Positions 39,127-51,214 of a stretch of DNA of 64,000 nucleotides are shown piece after piece. Numbering within the stretch: the stretch's first letter is position 1; every line of letters begins with the position of its first letter. A program made the translations under genes and the position numbers. This DNA is from Octopus sinensis (taxonomy: Eukaryota): contig NC_043013.1 of the NCBI RefSeq assembly GCF_006345805.1, positions 44,392,001 through 44,456,000 of the forward strand. Direction: 5' to 3'. The notes beneath the pieces were generated by a model, which was given only the letters and a program-made list of their open reading frames with translations, searched no databases and was not told the DNA's origin.

Positions 39127-40601
39127 TTAAATCAAGTCCAATACTTGACTACTATTTTAGTTTACCAACACCATGAAGGATGAAATGCAAAGTTGATTTC
39201 GGCAGGTTTTGAACTTGGACCATATGAGGCCAATAGATAAATACAAGCTATTTTGTTCAACACCACTAAATTCTGTTCATCCACTACCCTTAACAAAATG
39301 CAAAAATATTACCATTTTTTTTTGGTTTTGCTTTCAGTTATAGTAGCCTAATCCAGTCTGATTAAACCAGTATTATTGTCTTTTGTTCTGGCAGTGTTTG
39401 TTTAAAAAGAAAATTGTAATACTATTAACACATTGACATAAAAACTGTTAAATGCTTAGTTCTTAAGTCTTTTTTACAATAAATACTTGCTTTCCTTTCC
39501 TCATCCACCCTGCACTGCCCCTCCCTTCCACTTCTCTGTATTTCCTGTTTGTGTTTGTCTTTTCACACACAATCTACATAAAAATATATTTCTTTGAACA
39601 ATCAAGTGGTGCTACTGAGTTAGTCATAGCTCGAGCCACTATGACCCGAAACCTATATGTTTGTGCATTGTATGTGTGTATGTGTGTGATTGTATACATT
39701 ATGCTGAAGTGTAAATGTTTAGAATTTGAAGTCCCATTACAACATGCTGACAATTTATTATGACCCCCTTCTGTCAGGATTCACCACACTAGTATTTTTG
39801 TCCTTTACAATTTGTTTATGCTACCAATGACAAGACAACTGTCAAGGTGTGACATGATAAGATAAGCTCATAAGCCAAGCTGCACTGCAACCTGAAGATA
39901 GCAGTAAAACTTGGTCAGCTTTTTTTTTTTTATCCTTAAATCTTTAGTATTCAGATTATTCTGTCAAATGTAATGTTTGTTTATTTAGATTGTTTTAAAT
40001 TAATCATGCATTATCTTGTAGTTTAGAGACGTCGATGATGTGATTGCTTAGTTTTAGGATGACATTTTAGGGATGAGGCAAGAGGCCAGTTGCGGTCAGT
40101 TTCAATATAAAACAGGTTAAATATTTAGGCTGGACATGGGGTTGGTTTGAATGCTAAAGAGTTAAGAAGAGCTACTAAACACTTAGGGCAAAGTATAGCA
40201 CCAATATTTGCTCTAAGTGAGTTTTCAACATGTAAATATACTGTTACAAACAGTATATAGAAGAATGATGAGCTGGCGAAAGAGCCTCAACATGTTTGCT
40301 CGACATGCAAGAAACAACAGTCAAACCTCTCTCAGATCACATATTTGATGAATCTCAGAGTGAAACCCAAGAGACTGAATGATGATAATTTGTTTGTTAA
40401 ATACATGTTTTTTCCTTCTGAGACTTTCAATCTCTAAACTGTATCAGAGAGCACAACTTGAAATATATTCTTATATAAAATTAATAAAGAATATATAATA
40501 ATCCCTTTCAGTGGTATAAATGTAAAGAATCGTTATATTATCTAAAATGTATAATTTGGAAATGCAGTTCATTAAATTGACCTCAGTAGTAAATATCTGA
40601 T

Positions 40602-41340
40602 AGTTAGTTAGTTAGTTAGTTAATTTGGCTCAAAAGCAAATAGCAAGGCCATGTAGGGGGACATGGAGTTAAGTACAGGGTGGTGTTCATGTAAAGAGTT
40701 CAGGCCACTTGTGGTCCAGGGAGGCTTTGAACAAAGTGGTCGTCGGCATCTTCACCATCTCGTCTGGCAGCTTGTTCCACGGATCCGCAACCCGGATGGA
40801 GAAAGCTCCTCTCCTTCGATTGAGATGAAATCGTCGCAGGTAGAGCTTTTCGGAATGACCCCGCAGCCGACGCTCTGGAGCAGGAGTGAAGAACAGCTCT
40901 TTCGAGAGGTTACACTTTCCGCTTATGATGTTGTGGGCGAGAATGAGATCACCACGGCGGCGGCGTTTTTCTAGAGAATAAAGGTCGAGCGTCCTCAGCC
41001 TTTCTTCATAGGACAAATTTTTGAGACCATGAACCATGCGGGTAGCCAGCTTCTGGACTCTTTCGAGATGCTGTATGTCTTTGAGGAGATAAGGAGAAGA
41101 GGCTTGAATCCCATACTCCAATATGGGTCTCACCAGCGTGACATAGAGTGGTAGGAATATGGCTGCTGTGAGCATTCTGAATGACCGTCGAATCAAGAAC
41201 AGAATCCCGCGTGCTTTGTTGGCAGCATGGACGCACTGGGCCGAAGGCGAAAAGGAGGAATCCACCAAGATACCCAGGTCCTTTACCTGATCGGTCCTCT
41301 CCAGCAGCAGACGACCCGGCTCGAAATCAAGTTGAGTTGC
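40602..41340 (-). mobile_element. CR1-clade LINE, 5'-truncated, intact ORF2 C-terminus with (TAAC)n tail
   Basis: ORF 40687-41268: LYVTLVRPILEY..LERVQKLATRMV..YEERL..LEKRRRRGDLI..RGH..WNKLP..FKASLD, the typical CR1 ORF2 C-terminus. Confidence 0.92.
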
Positions 41341-41758
41341 AGGAGTAGAGCCGACAGGCAGAGAAAAAGGGAGGATTCCAATGGAATTTTGATAACAAAA
41401 TATAGATTGATGAAGCCAAGCACTTCAAAGTATTTAATTTGGTATGCTGCTAACTCTGACACACACACACACACACACACACCACCGTCACTGTCTCATC
41501 CTCATTTAATGTCCATCTTCCATACCAGCATGGGTATTGGTTGAGCTGCAGGACTACATTGAGCTTCAGTGTCAGCTTTGGCATGGTTGCCACAACTGGA
41601 TGGCCTTCCTAATGCCAAACACAGTAGTGTGTATCATATCTAACAATAATTTCCAACAATAGTGTATTCAAATGAGCATGCATTTGAAAGCCTCCCTTTT
41701 GTTGCTTATTGGCTGAATCTTAAACATAAAACTGGGGGTAAATTAAGTTGCTTATATA

Positions 41759-42634
41759 CAAGATCTGATCAATAAGTATCCGGACTGTTGCCATAGCAAC
41801 AAAGCTGCTTGATAAAGACTGAGCTTGAATTCTGCTGTGCAGGCACTTTAAGTTTTAACGTTCTAGCTCACTTCCGCTGTTTACAGCAGTGCTTGGAAGG
41901 AAGATGTGTAGCATGTGATCATTGCATTGACCATGACAGAGAAAGTTGTCATGGCGATACCTACTCAGAGGCCTGCACAAAGTTGCAGAAAGTGCATGGA
42001 GAGGTCTGTATGAGCCACACACAAGTGTACGAGTGGTTCAGATGTTTCCAAGATGGGTGGAAACATGTCGATATTGATGAATGTTCTGGGACATCTGCAA
42101 CCAGCAGAACTGAGAAAAATATCATAGATGTGCATGCAGCTGTGAGGGAAAATCATTGAATCACCATCCGTGAATTATCAGAGTATGTGCAAAGTAGTTA
42201 TGGCTCAGTTCAGTCCATTATCACTGAAGATTTGGGTATGAGACGCTTGTCTGCCAAGTTTGTGCCAAATCTGCTTTCAGCTGACCCAAAAGACACTTGG
42301 GTTTCAGTTGCACAAGATCTCCTTGATTGTATCAAGAACGATGAAAACATTTTGAAAACTTTTGCATAGGCCTCTAAGTAGGTATCACCAAGGTTTTGGC
42401 AAAATTTGATGCAGACTCTTTGCTCAACTCTCTCTGTCATGGTCAATGCAACGATCACACGCTACACACCTTCCTTCTAAGCACTGCTGTAAACAGTAGA
42501 AGTGAGCTAGAATGTTAAAACTTAGTGCACATGTACAGCAGAGTTGAAGGTGAATCTGTACCAAGTGGTTTTGCGCTGTGTGCTTTAGCTTCGTTACTAT
42601 GGCAACAGTCTGGATACTTATTGATCAGACCACG
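41759..42634. mobile_element. Non-autonomous mariner derivative with an inverted duplicate 5' end
   Basis: TIR TCTGATCAATAAGTATCC(G/A)GACTGTTGCCATAG at both ends, flanked by TA. Plus-strand transposase N-terminus (..QVYEWFRCFQDG..ITIREL..LGMRRLSAKFVP) and a minus-strand copy of MTERVEQRVCIKFC. Confidence 0.9.
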
Positions 42635-43917
42635 TATACAATATAAACTAGATATATGTGTGCGATATTATACACATGAAGAAAAACCAACCCATTACAC
42701 TGTGCTCCCAATGGCAAAACTTGGGCTAAGAAGGAAGTCTCTATGTGGTCACATGACCTGCTAGGAATAATAGTCAAATCTCCCTCAAATCAAAATCACA
42801 CCATTCTAAGCAATGAAGAACACACTGATCAGCATGATTTTAGATAATCCTAAAAAGATGGAATGACTAGCAGGAATGCTTTTGATGATAGGTGTGGTTT
42901 ATTGAAGTCAACCAAGGGTTAAACAACAATGGTACAATGAAGTTGGGTATTAATTCATCAATTAGAATTACACAGTAAAACTATTTCAGATTTAGCTGTA
43001 GTTATTATATGACATACATAATGTAGTTTATATATGCCAGTGCCATGTAAAAAGTACCTAGAACACTCTGTAAAGTGGTTGGCATTAGGAAGGGCACCAA
43101 GCCATAGAAACCCTGCCAAAACAGACAACCAAAGCCTGGTGCAGCTCTCCAGCTCCCATCAAAATCATCCAACTCATGCCAGCATGGAAAACAGATGTTA
43201 AATGATGATGATGATAGCATATACATATACATACATACACATACATACATACACATACATACATATATCTTTTTACTCATTTACTTGTTTCAGTCATGTG
43301 ACTGTGGCCATGCTGGAGTACCGCATTTAGTTGAGCAAATCGACCCCAGGACTTATTCTTTGTAAGCCTGGTACTTATTCTATCGATCTCTTTTGCCGAA
43401 CCGCTAAGGTACGGGGACGCAAACACACCAGCATTAGTTGTCAAGCGATGGTGGGGGGGCAACCACAGACACACAAATATACATATATATGACGGGCTTC
43501 TTTCAGTTTCTATCTACCAAATCCACTCACAAGGCTTCGATCAGCCTGAGTCTATATCAGAAGACACTTGTCTATGGTGCCACGCAGTGGCTCTGAACCC
43601 AGGACCATGTGGTTGGTAAGCAAGCTATTTACTACACAGCCACTCCTGCATCAACTGTCATATATTTAATCTGAGCAAGCTTGAACTGACGATGATTGTT
43701 ATGTTTATATTACACTTAAAATTTTCATGTCAGACTTAGCAACGCTAATTTACTTCTTTCACACATGCTAATCTGCTAGGCATTTATATTCAACTCAAGC
43801 ACACAAGTAGAGCATATCAAAACTATTTCATAGTTTAACTCCTAGCTTTTTGCTTTTAAATTTTCCTCTGTCACCCTTTGTCATATATTACAATATCTTA
43901 CTACAGTATTTCTCGAC

Positions 43918-44246
43918 TGAATTTGTCCTTTACTTGGATGAATTTGTCTCTCTCTCAAATGAATTTGTCCCTTTCTCAAATGAATTCGTCCTTTACTTGG
44001 ATGAATTTGTTCTTTTCTCAAATGAATTTGTCCCTTTCTCAAATGAATTCGTCCTTTACTTGGATGAATTTGTTCTTTTCTCAAATGAATTTGTCTCTTT
44101 CTCAAATGAATGTCTCTCTCTCAAATGAATTTGTCCCTTTCTCAAATGAATTCATCCTTTACTTGGATGAATTTGTCCTTTTCTCGAATGAATTTGTCTC
44201 CTTCTCGAATGAATTTGTCCCCTTCTTAAATGAATTCATCCCTTTG
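43918..44246. repeat. 21-bp tandem array (TGAATTTGTCCCTTTCTCAAA) x ~16 inside the transposon left end
   Basis: Units counted directly: 15 complete (one is 19 bp) and one partial, with 63-bp higher-order periodicity (a ...TTTACTTGGA variant recurs). Confidence 0.95.
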
Positions 44247-44468
44247 ATATCAAAGTCAATTTAGAACTTAAATATTTAAAAATGAGACACCTATATGTTT
44301 AAACAAACATACAAAATAGTATCTTAGCACGAGAATAGTGAAAATAAACAAAAAAAAAACTAAGCTTAAAACAATTTATAAACTTATTTTAAAATGCTTA
44401 TAATCATAACTATTTCACAAATCCTTCATATGCAATAGTTGTGGGATGAAAAATGTTTGATGTTGATC

Positions 44469-45585
44469 CTATCTTGCACAATTTACAGCAGATATTGAAT
44501 TCATTGCAAGATGCACTGCTGTTTTTAAAATATTCATTCTATGATTCATCACGGGCAAATTTTCTGGTCTGTTGTAGAGATCATTTTTATGATTCTGTAA
44601 ATGCTGCTTCACAAAAGATTTCAATTCGTTGAACGTTTCCTCAATGAGATTAAACATTGGAGAATAAGGAGGTAGATATTTAACCATCTTTTGTGGTGCG
44701 AAACCGATTTCATCGACATGTTTATGGATGCGTGCATTGTCCATAATAAATATGACAGGATCTGATGTAGTCGTAGTGATCTTTAGCGAACTCTGATGTA
44801 AAAAGCTGTCAAATTCAGAAGTTGTGATCTTCGTAAATGTTTTGAATTGGACAAGACCCGACATATCTCTAGCAGCAATAATGTTCAAAATTTGCCCCTT
44901 TAGTAGAAGGATGATCGGTAATTGCCTGAACTCGAGGGTAAGCTCTACCCATTGACCTTCAAACAAATAGGTCATAAAATTATTTCATAAGCAAAAATTT
45001 TATATAAGTATTTAGTAAATTTAATAATCATTTACCTTGAAATTCAAATGTAATTTGTTTCATCAATATATACACGATAGTTGAACCGTCCAACCCATGC
45101 TAGCATGGAAAACGGACACTAAATGAATGATGATGATGATGATGAATGGCCAATCCATTATCTTGAATCCATTTTGCATAATAACATTGCCCCTTATTTT
45201 GTGTTTTCGTTATTTTGTTCTTGAGGGTGAATTATTAGTTTTTTCAGAGTGTATCCAAAGCCATCAAGATAGAGATCAATACTTGATAATGAAACAGTCA
45301 AATCGAATTTCTTTTGTAAAAGTTCTCTCGTTCTTTTCAAAGTTAAAGTTGGATCCTCGTTAATCGATTCTTGTAAAAATTGTTGATGATTTTAATTGAT
45401 TTTTTGCTGTCGGTGCCCACAATTTTTCTTTAGAGAATAATTTTTTTGTGCAATTATCTTGACTGTGCTGTGGTTAATATCAAGGAAGCGGGACAACAAT
45501 TTCAAATTTTTAATGTTTCTGGAAGCGGACAATATTCTTTTTTTTTATCCTGCTCAGATACTTTCATGTACGTCTTGTTTGGCAT
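44469..45585 (-). pseudogene. DDE_3 (IS630/Tc1-like) transposase, two exons, disrupted
   Basis: ATG at 45585. Motifs: HTH-like EDPTLTLKRTRELLQKKFDLTVSLSSI; D1 in VYIDET; D2 in IMDNARIH; E in YLPPYSPMFNLIE. Disrupted by in-frame stops, frameshifts and a SINE remnant at ~45080-45140. Intron at 44957-45035. Confidence 0.88.
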
Positions 45586-46624
45586 GTTAAAAATGTTTAA
45601 ACTATTATGTTTTTAAACGGACTTTAATACTGAAAGGATGAATTCATTTGGGAAATACTGTAGTTTTTCATAATGTTACTTACTCAAGGAGTGTCATGTG
45701 CATACTGCTGGTATAAATGTATAATTAGAGTGTAATAACTAAGAAATGACGGAGAATTGTTATTTGTGAAACTCTATCAAGGATAAATGTGATAAATCAT
45801 TTCGCAATTGTTACAAGAAATTACTATATTTACAGATTTCTCAGTGCTGGAGCTGACTTTATAAAGAATGCTTTATTGTACTCAGTAGTTCAATAGCTCA
45901 ATGTTGTGAGTTCAACACTCACCTTTCCTAAAGACTTTCATACCAGTAACACACTGGTATTAATTCACCTCCAAACACATTCCCTAAAAATTGCTGCACC
46001 AGTAAAATAAAGGCAAATAAATAAATGGACTTCTGTTCATTTCAACATGATCAACTGAACAACCTGCTTGTTAAATTTGCATGTAAGTGACTGAATATTC
46101 CATGGATGTTTGTGCTCTTAGTGTAATCTTCAATCAGAGTCAGCATGGCACAGCAAGTGACAAGGACAGACCTTTGAATTACAGTTGCAACACATATGAA
46201 GGGCTTCCACTCACTTTCAGTCCACTCACAAAGTTTGAGTTCGCTCAAGGCTACTGTAAGAGAAACTTGCCTAAGGTGTCATACAGTCAGGGATTGAACC
46301 CAGGGCTTCATGACTGGAATGCTAACTTCTTAATAACTAATCATCCATGCAGCATCCACTCTACATTAATCTGATTTTAATCTACATCGAAACACTTATC
46401 CATCCAGGTTTTAAAGGTAGAGAATAAAGGTAAATGCCAAGACAACAGTAAGTTTATATTTGTATTTTAATTTTAATTTAGAGGTTTACTGTTCAAGGTT
46501 CAAATCTTGCTTAGGTTGATTTAGTTATTGATGTCATCAAGGTCAATAAAAATAAGTTTTAGTATTATATACTGAGACCAATTCAATTAATAGTATCCTT
46601 TTCACCTAAATATATATATATTGT

Positions 46625-46826
46625 GATTGTGTGTGTACCGTTGGCGATTTTTCCCCTCCGTCTTCCCTTCTCTGGATCTTTCCTTTTCCTATGTTTCTGA
46701 CGAAGAGCTCCGCTCGAAACGTTAAACCCTCCTTCTTCCCTTCCTTCCTGAGCGTCCAATAATACTATATTTGTTCCACGTCCTCGCGTTGTTGTGTTTT
46801 TTCTTTGTGTTTTCATGTTTGGATTA

Positions 46827-46830
<4 letters not shown>
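46625..46830 (+). mobile_element. Penelope-like element terminus (pLTR) between (TA)n tracts
   Basis: Contains a hammerhead core; a homologous copy lies at 62205-62400 on the minus strand. Confidence 0.7.
46693..46727 (+). ncRNA. Minimal type I hammerhead ribozyme (dimer-type)
   Basis: GTTT-CTGACGA-a-GAGC/tcc/GCTC-GAAA-CG-TT^AAAC: stem I GTTT/AAAC, intact core, palindromic ACGT stem III. Confidence 0.7.
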
Positions 46831-46863
<33 letters not shown>

Positions 46864-47516
46864 CTGGTGGAAAGTGGGGGTTGTATTTAATTAATGGAAT
46901 GTCAGTTCTATTGAAGAGAAGCATGTTTTATATTCAATCCCCATTCAGTTAAGCTGAATGAACACAATATGAAATACCTTACAATGAAACACAAGCTGTG
47001 TGACAAAAAAGAACTGGTGAAGCATAAGCTGGTAGTACAACATCTGATTTGACCTAGCTATCTCATTTCCATCAACGATAGCTAATTAGAAAGTCACTTG
47101 CACCAATAAAGAAACCTCTATGTGATGATTGTTCAACATACTACATACAGCACCCAAATTTTCCACAAATTACACCCTACTTTGAATCATGTTTCCCTAA
47201 ATATATCATGATGTCTGGGGAAGTTTAAAAAAATGAGAGGGATAAATGCAGTTGGAACATCTTTGACCACTGGTCTTCTGGATCAGGACTGACCTGGCAC
47301 TGAAGAACAACGATACATCTTAATTAGGGAGGTTACAGTAACGAAATAATAATCTAGAGATAAAGAATGAAAAAAAAAACAAAAAACTACTGCAACCCTC
47401 CCCTTCCAGCACTGTCTGTTCAGTACACAGCAGCAAGTAATACCATATCAAAGCAGACAACATGGCCTGGTAGGCCAAAAATAGTCTGTGCCTGGATTAT
47501 GAAAACTGTAACTTAC

Positions 47517-47667
47517 CTCAGTAAAGCTAAAGAACAATCCTATTGCACCGGTCACAGTGAAGGCTTGATGTATACGGTCTTTTAGTTTAGGTAGACATGG
47601 CTGGCACGGACATGTTAAGTTTGAAGATTTTCCAGTGCAGCATTCACTGTTATTTTCACAACAGGGA
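47517..47667 (-). CDS. TSPAN13/31: Tetraspanin-13/31 penultimate coding exon (EC2 C-terminal half plus start of TM4)
   Basis: Minus strand: ctcattcttacag|A TTC CCT ... ACT GAG|gtaagt; 151 nt = 1 nt + 50 codons, FPVENNSECCTGKSSNLTCPCQPCLPKLKDRIHQAFTVTGAIGLFFSFTE. The CC..C.C.PC cysteine pattern and GLFFSFTE motif are diagnostic of TSPAN13/31. Confidence 0.96.
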
Positions 47668-47734
47668 ATCTGTAAGAATGAGAAATAGGTTAAGATAAAT
47701 TAATAATTCAATAATACTAATTGGGTTAATTGTG

Positions 47735-47765
<31 letters not shown>

Positions 47766-50566
47766 TGTGTGTGTTGTGTGTGTGTGTGCATGTCCGTATG
47801 TTGAAAGAAAGAAAATGGAGAAAAATGGATATATGAAAAATTTATTTGTATGATATAAAGATGACGAAATTTTTTAAAAACATAACAATACAAATAAATT
47901 ATAAGTTATTGAATAAGCTCAAAAAATGTGAAAAAACTTACATATAAGTTTTTGTTCTAGACCCTAGTTGATATGCAATTCTAAGTATTTGGTTATATGC
48001 TAAGAAAGGTATCATTTTTCAACTATATGGGACAGAACTTCTTCAGGGTTATTATGAGCTTACAGAACTAAGGTTAACATTTTTCTTTGAAGGATGCACT
48101 CTTTGCCTTGACATAATGAGATAACTGTAAATGAGCATTGTCAGTCAAATGGTGTTGTTTCCAATATTCTATGAAAACATATCCAGCTATGGGGAAAAAA
48201 ATTACCTTGCTAGGAAACACATGAAGAAAGGTGACATCTGGTCATGGAAAAATTTGCCTCACTGATTTTTCACTTGATTTTATGCAAGCAAGGCAATGTG
48301 TGTATGATGATGATATACATAAACACGTGGGGTGTAACTGGCCCACTTATGAGTAACCCTCATTCACTGGACAATGAACTTTGCTTGCAAAGACCTATTG
48401 AGGCAAGTGTAAACAAATAAAAATTGCCGACGTGGCCGATGATAGTACAGTGGAACGTTAAAAGCACATCTGAGCATGATTGTTGCCAGGGCCACAGATT
48501 GGCTCCTGTGCTGGTGACACGTGAAAAGCACCATTCGATCGTGATTGTTGCCAGTGTCGCTTTACCAGCACATGTGCTGGTGGCACATGAAAAACAACAT
48601 TTGAGCATGGTTGTTGCCAGTGCCACCGGACTGGCTCCCATGCAGGTAGTATTTTAAAATACCTCTTGAGCGTGGTTGTTGCCAGAACCGCCTGATTGGC
48701 CCTCGTGCTGGTGTCACTTAAAAGCACCCACTACACTCTCGGAGTGGTTGGCATTAGGAAGGGCATCTAAGCTGTAGAAACTTTGCCAGATCAGACTGAA
48801 CCTAGTGCAGCCTCTGGCTCACCAGTCCTCAGTCAAACCATCCAACCCATGCCAGCATGGAAAGCAGAAGTAAAACAATGATGATGATGACTGCATTAAA
48901 TTAAATTAAACATGAATCCAAGATGAAAAAAAAAAAAACTGTACACAGAACCACACTCAGGAGTCAAGCCATGCATCTGTCATAATCCAGATGACCATGT
49001 AGGGTTCAAGGTTCAAAGCCAGCAATTTTTGAGAAGAGGGGGACAAGTCATTTACACTGACCCCAATTTTTACCTCTGGACCCCATTGGTTACTATTTTA
49101 TTCTGGTGAACCCCTAAGCCATTCAATGCTTAAAAACTACTTATAAAGATACTTCTTTCAAAATTCCTGTTTTGCTTTTCATGCATTCACTTGTGTAGCT
49201 TTGCAAAAGCTCTCACTGAGAGAATATTTCAGTGGTCAGAAACATGATGCATGTGGAGGATGACATCTGCATAAAGTGTAGGACATGTGAAGTGGACGGA
49301 ACCATGGAAGAGGGAGACTTGGGAAAATAAGGCACAAAGTGAAGATTGATTTAAAATGTTGATCCTCATGGTGGAGATGATATCACAATAATTGATAACA
49401 TGCAGCAGTGTAGAGGACCTGTCCAGTTTTGCAACTATGGTGAAATTAATGTTAAAATGGAGGTAGTGATAGAGGCTGAGAGATATAATATAACTGTATT
49501 TGGTCCCCTCTCCCAATAGGTTCCTGCTGAGCCTACACCTGCCACCTTCCTCACTTCCTGATACCCTTTCGCTTCTCTATTATCTTCGCTTCTATTAACT
49601 GTACCATGGCTGCTCATGTAGGAATATCATTGGACCAGCCTGACAACTCTCATCTCTCTGATACTCACTATCCTTTCACTGGGCCATGTCACTCATGCAA
49701 CAAGTTATGGCACTAGATTTACCTGTATGCACCATCCACCATCATCCTGTATTCAATACTGACCAACACTCTTTCTATACTAACAATCAATGTTCTCTCT
49801 TTCCTTCTCCCCTACCCCTCCACATCATCCCTATTGCCAATTGATCTGTCCCTAACATCATACATTTCTTCCCTTCATTCATATTAGTTTTTCCCATCCT
49901 AACAATCTGCTGTTCACCCTCTTGGTCATGTTGTATTAAAAAATCAAACAAGACATAAAACAGCGAGGACTTTTTTAGTCTTACAGGGCAAAAGTCAAAC
50001 ACACTAGTGTTAGTGGGTGGCCATGATAAAACGAACCCAGTACACTGTGTAAAGTGGCTGACGACAATAAGAAGGATATCTTGCCATAAAGACAAAACCA
50101 AAAATGTACAAGGAAGACAGAGCTCTCCAACTCATTTAGGGGGGCAATAACTCTGAATCAGATCTCACTTGAACCTCGACAACACATCCAAACTATGCCA
50201 GCATGGAAAGTGGACATAAAAATGATACATATAAACAGATATATACATTTTTTTCTTTGTGTCTTAGGATTTGTGAAGCCAGTTGCCCAGTTTTTATGGC
50301 ATGTAAATGATTGAAACCACAACACTGTCCCAGAACAGGATGTCTGTCTGTTATAAGGTTCAAGATTCAAAGCCAGCAATTTTTGAGAAGAGGGGACAAG
50401 CCATTTACACTGACCCCAGTACTTGACTGGTGCTTTATTTTATCAACCCCCAAAGGGATGAACAGCCAATAAAGTTGACCATGGGGAGATTTAAACTCAA
50501 TATGTAAAGATCTAGAAAAAAACCCAAAAAACTGCTAAGAATTTTGATTAATGTGCTCATGATTCA

Positions 50567-50615
<49 letters not shown>

Positions 50616-51214
50616 AGGTTTCTTTATTCTATTTTTTTGAGCTTTAGAACTTGTAATCAATTTATTTGTACTGCTATGTTTTTTAAAAGAGATTTTCATC
50701 ATTTTATAACAAACAAATAAACTATTCATACATCCATTATTTCTCCATTTTCTTTTTTCCCTCCTCAATATTGATAATATATAATTTCAATAATTACTAA
50801 CATGCACCAGTGACTTTTTGCATAATATGATATGGATTAACCAGTGGAACAGTGGAATACCTTGGATTATATAATCCCTAATGAGGATATAGCTTCTTCG
50901 ATTTAACCATATATATATGAGAGGGAGGGAGGGAGGGAGGGAGAGAGAGAGAGAAAGATTAAGGATGAAATTAATATTTTTATATAACAGTTGATAGAAA
51001 AGCTTTTCTTTTTTGGTATAAAAATATAGAAGGTACTAGTGTTGGTACCACATAAAAAGTACCCAGTACATTCTGTAAAGTAGTTGGTGTTAGGAAGGGC
51101 ATCCAGCCATAGAAACCATGCCAATGCAGACAATGGAGCAAGTGCAGCTCTCTGGCTTGCCAAGTTTCTGTCAAAGTGTGCAACCCATGCCAACATGGAA
51201 GATGGATGTTAAGG

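Larger units (their letters stand above)
43904..45660 (-). mobile_element. Full-length, decayed IS630/Tc1-like DNA transposon with TA target duplication
   Basis: TA|CAGTATTTCTCGACTGAATTTGTCCTTT at the left end; the right end reads, as reverse complement, TA|CAGTATTTCCCAAATGAATTCATCCTTT. It encloses a DDE transposase gene. Confidence 0.9.

Noticed and set aside
43918-44246. CRISPR-like array
   Set aside because: The repeats are contiguous with no unique spacers, and the context is eukaryotic.
43850-44264. Repetitive ORFs (NEFVLYLDEFV.., SQMNLSL..)
   Set aside because: By-products of the 21-bp TIR-derived array, which is open in several frames.
50290-50345. Minus-strand GQCCGFNH as a possible TSPAN exon 4
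   Set aside because: No upstream W/Q context, no PSC motif and no suitable phase-2 donor; likely chance.
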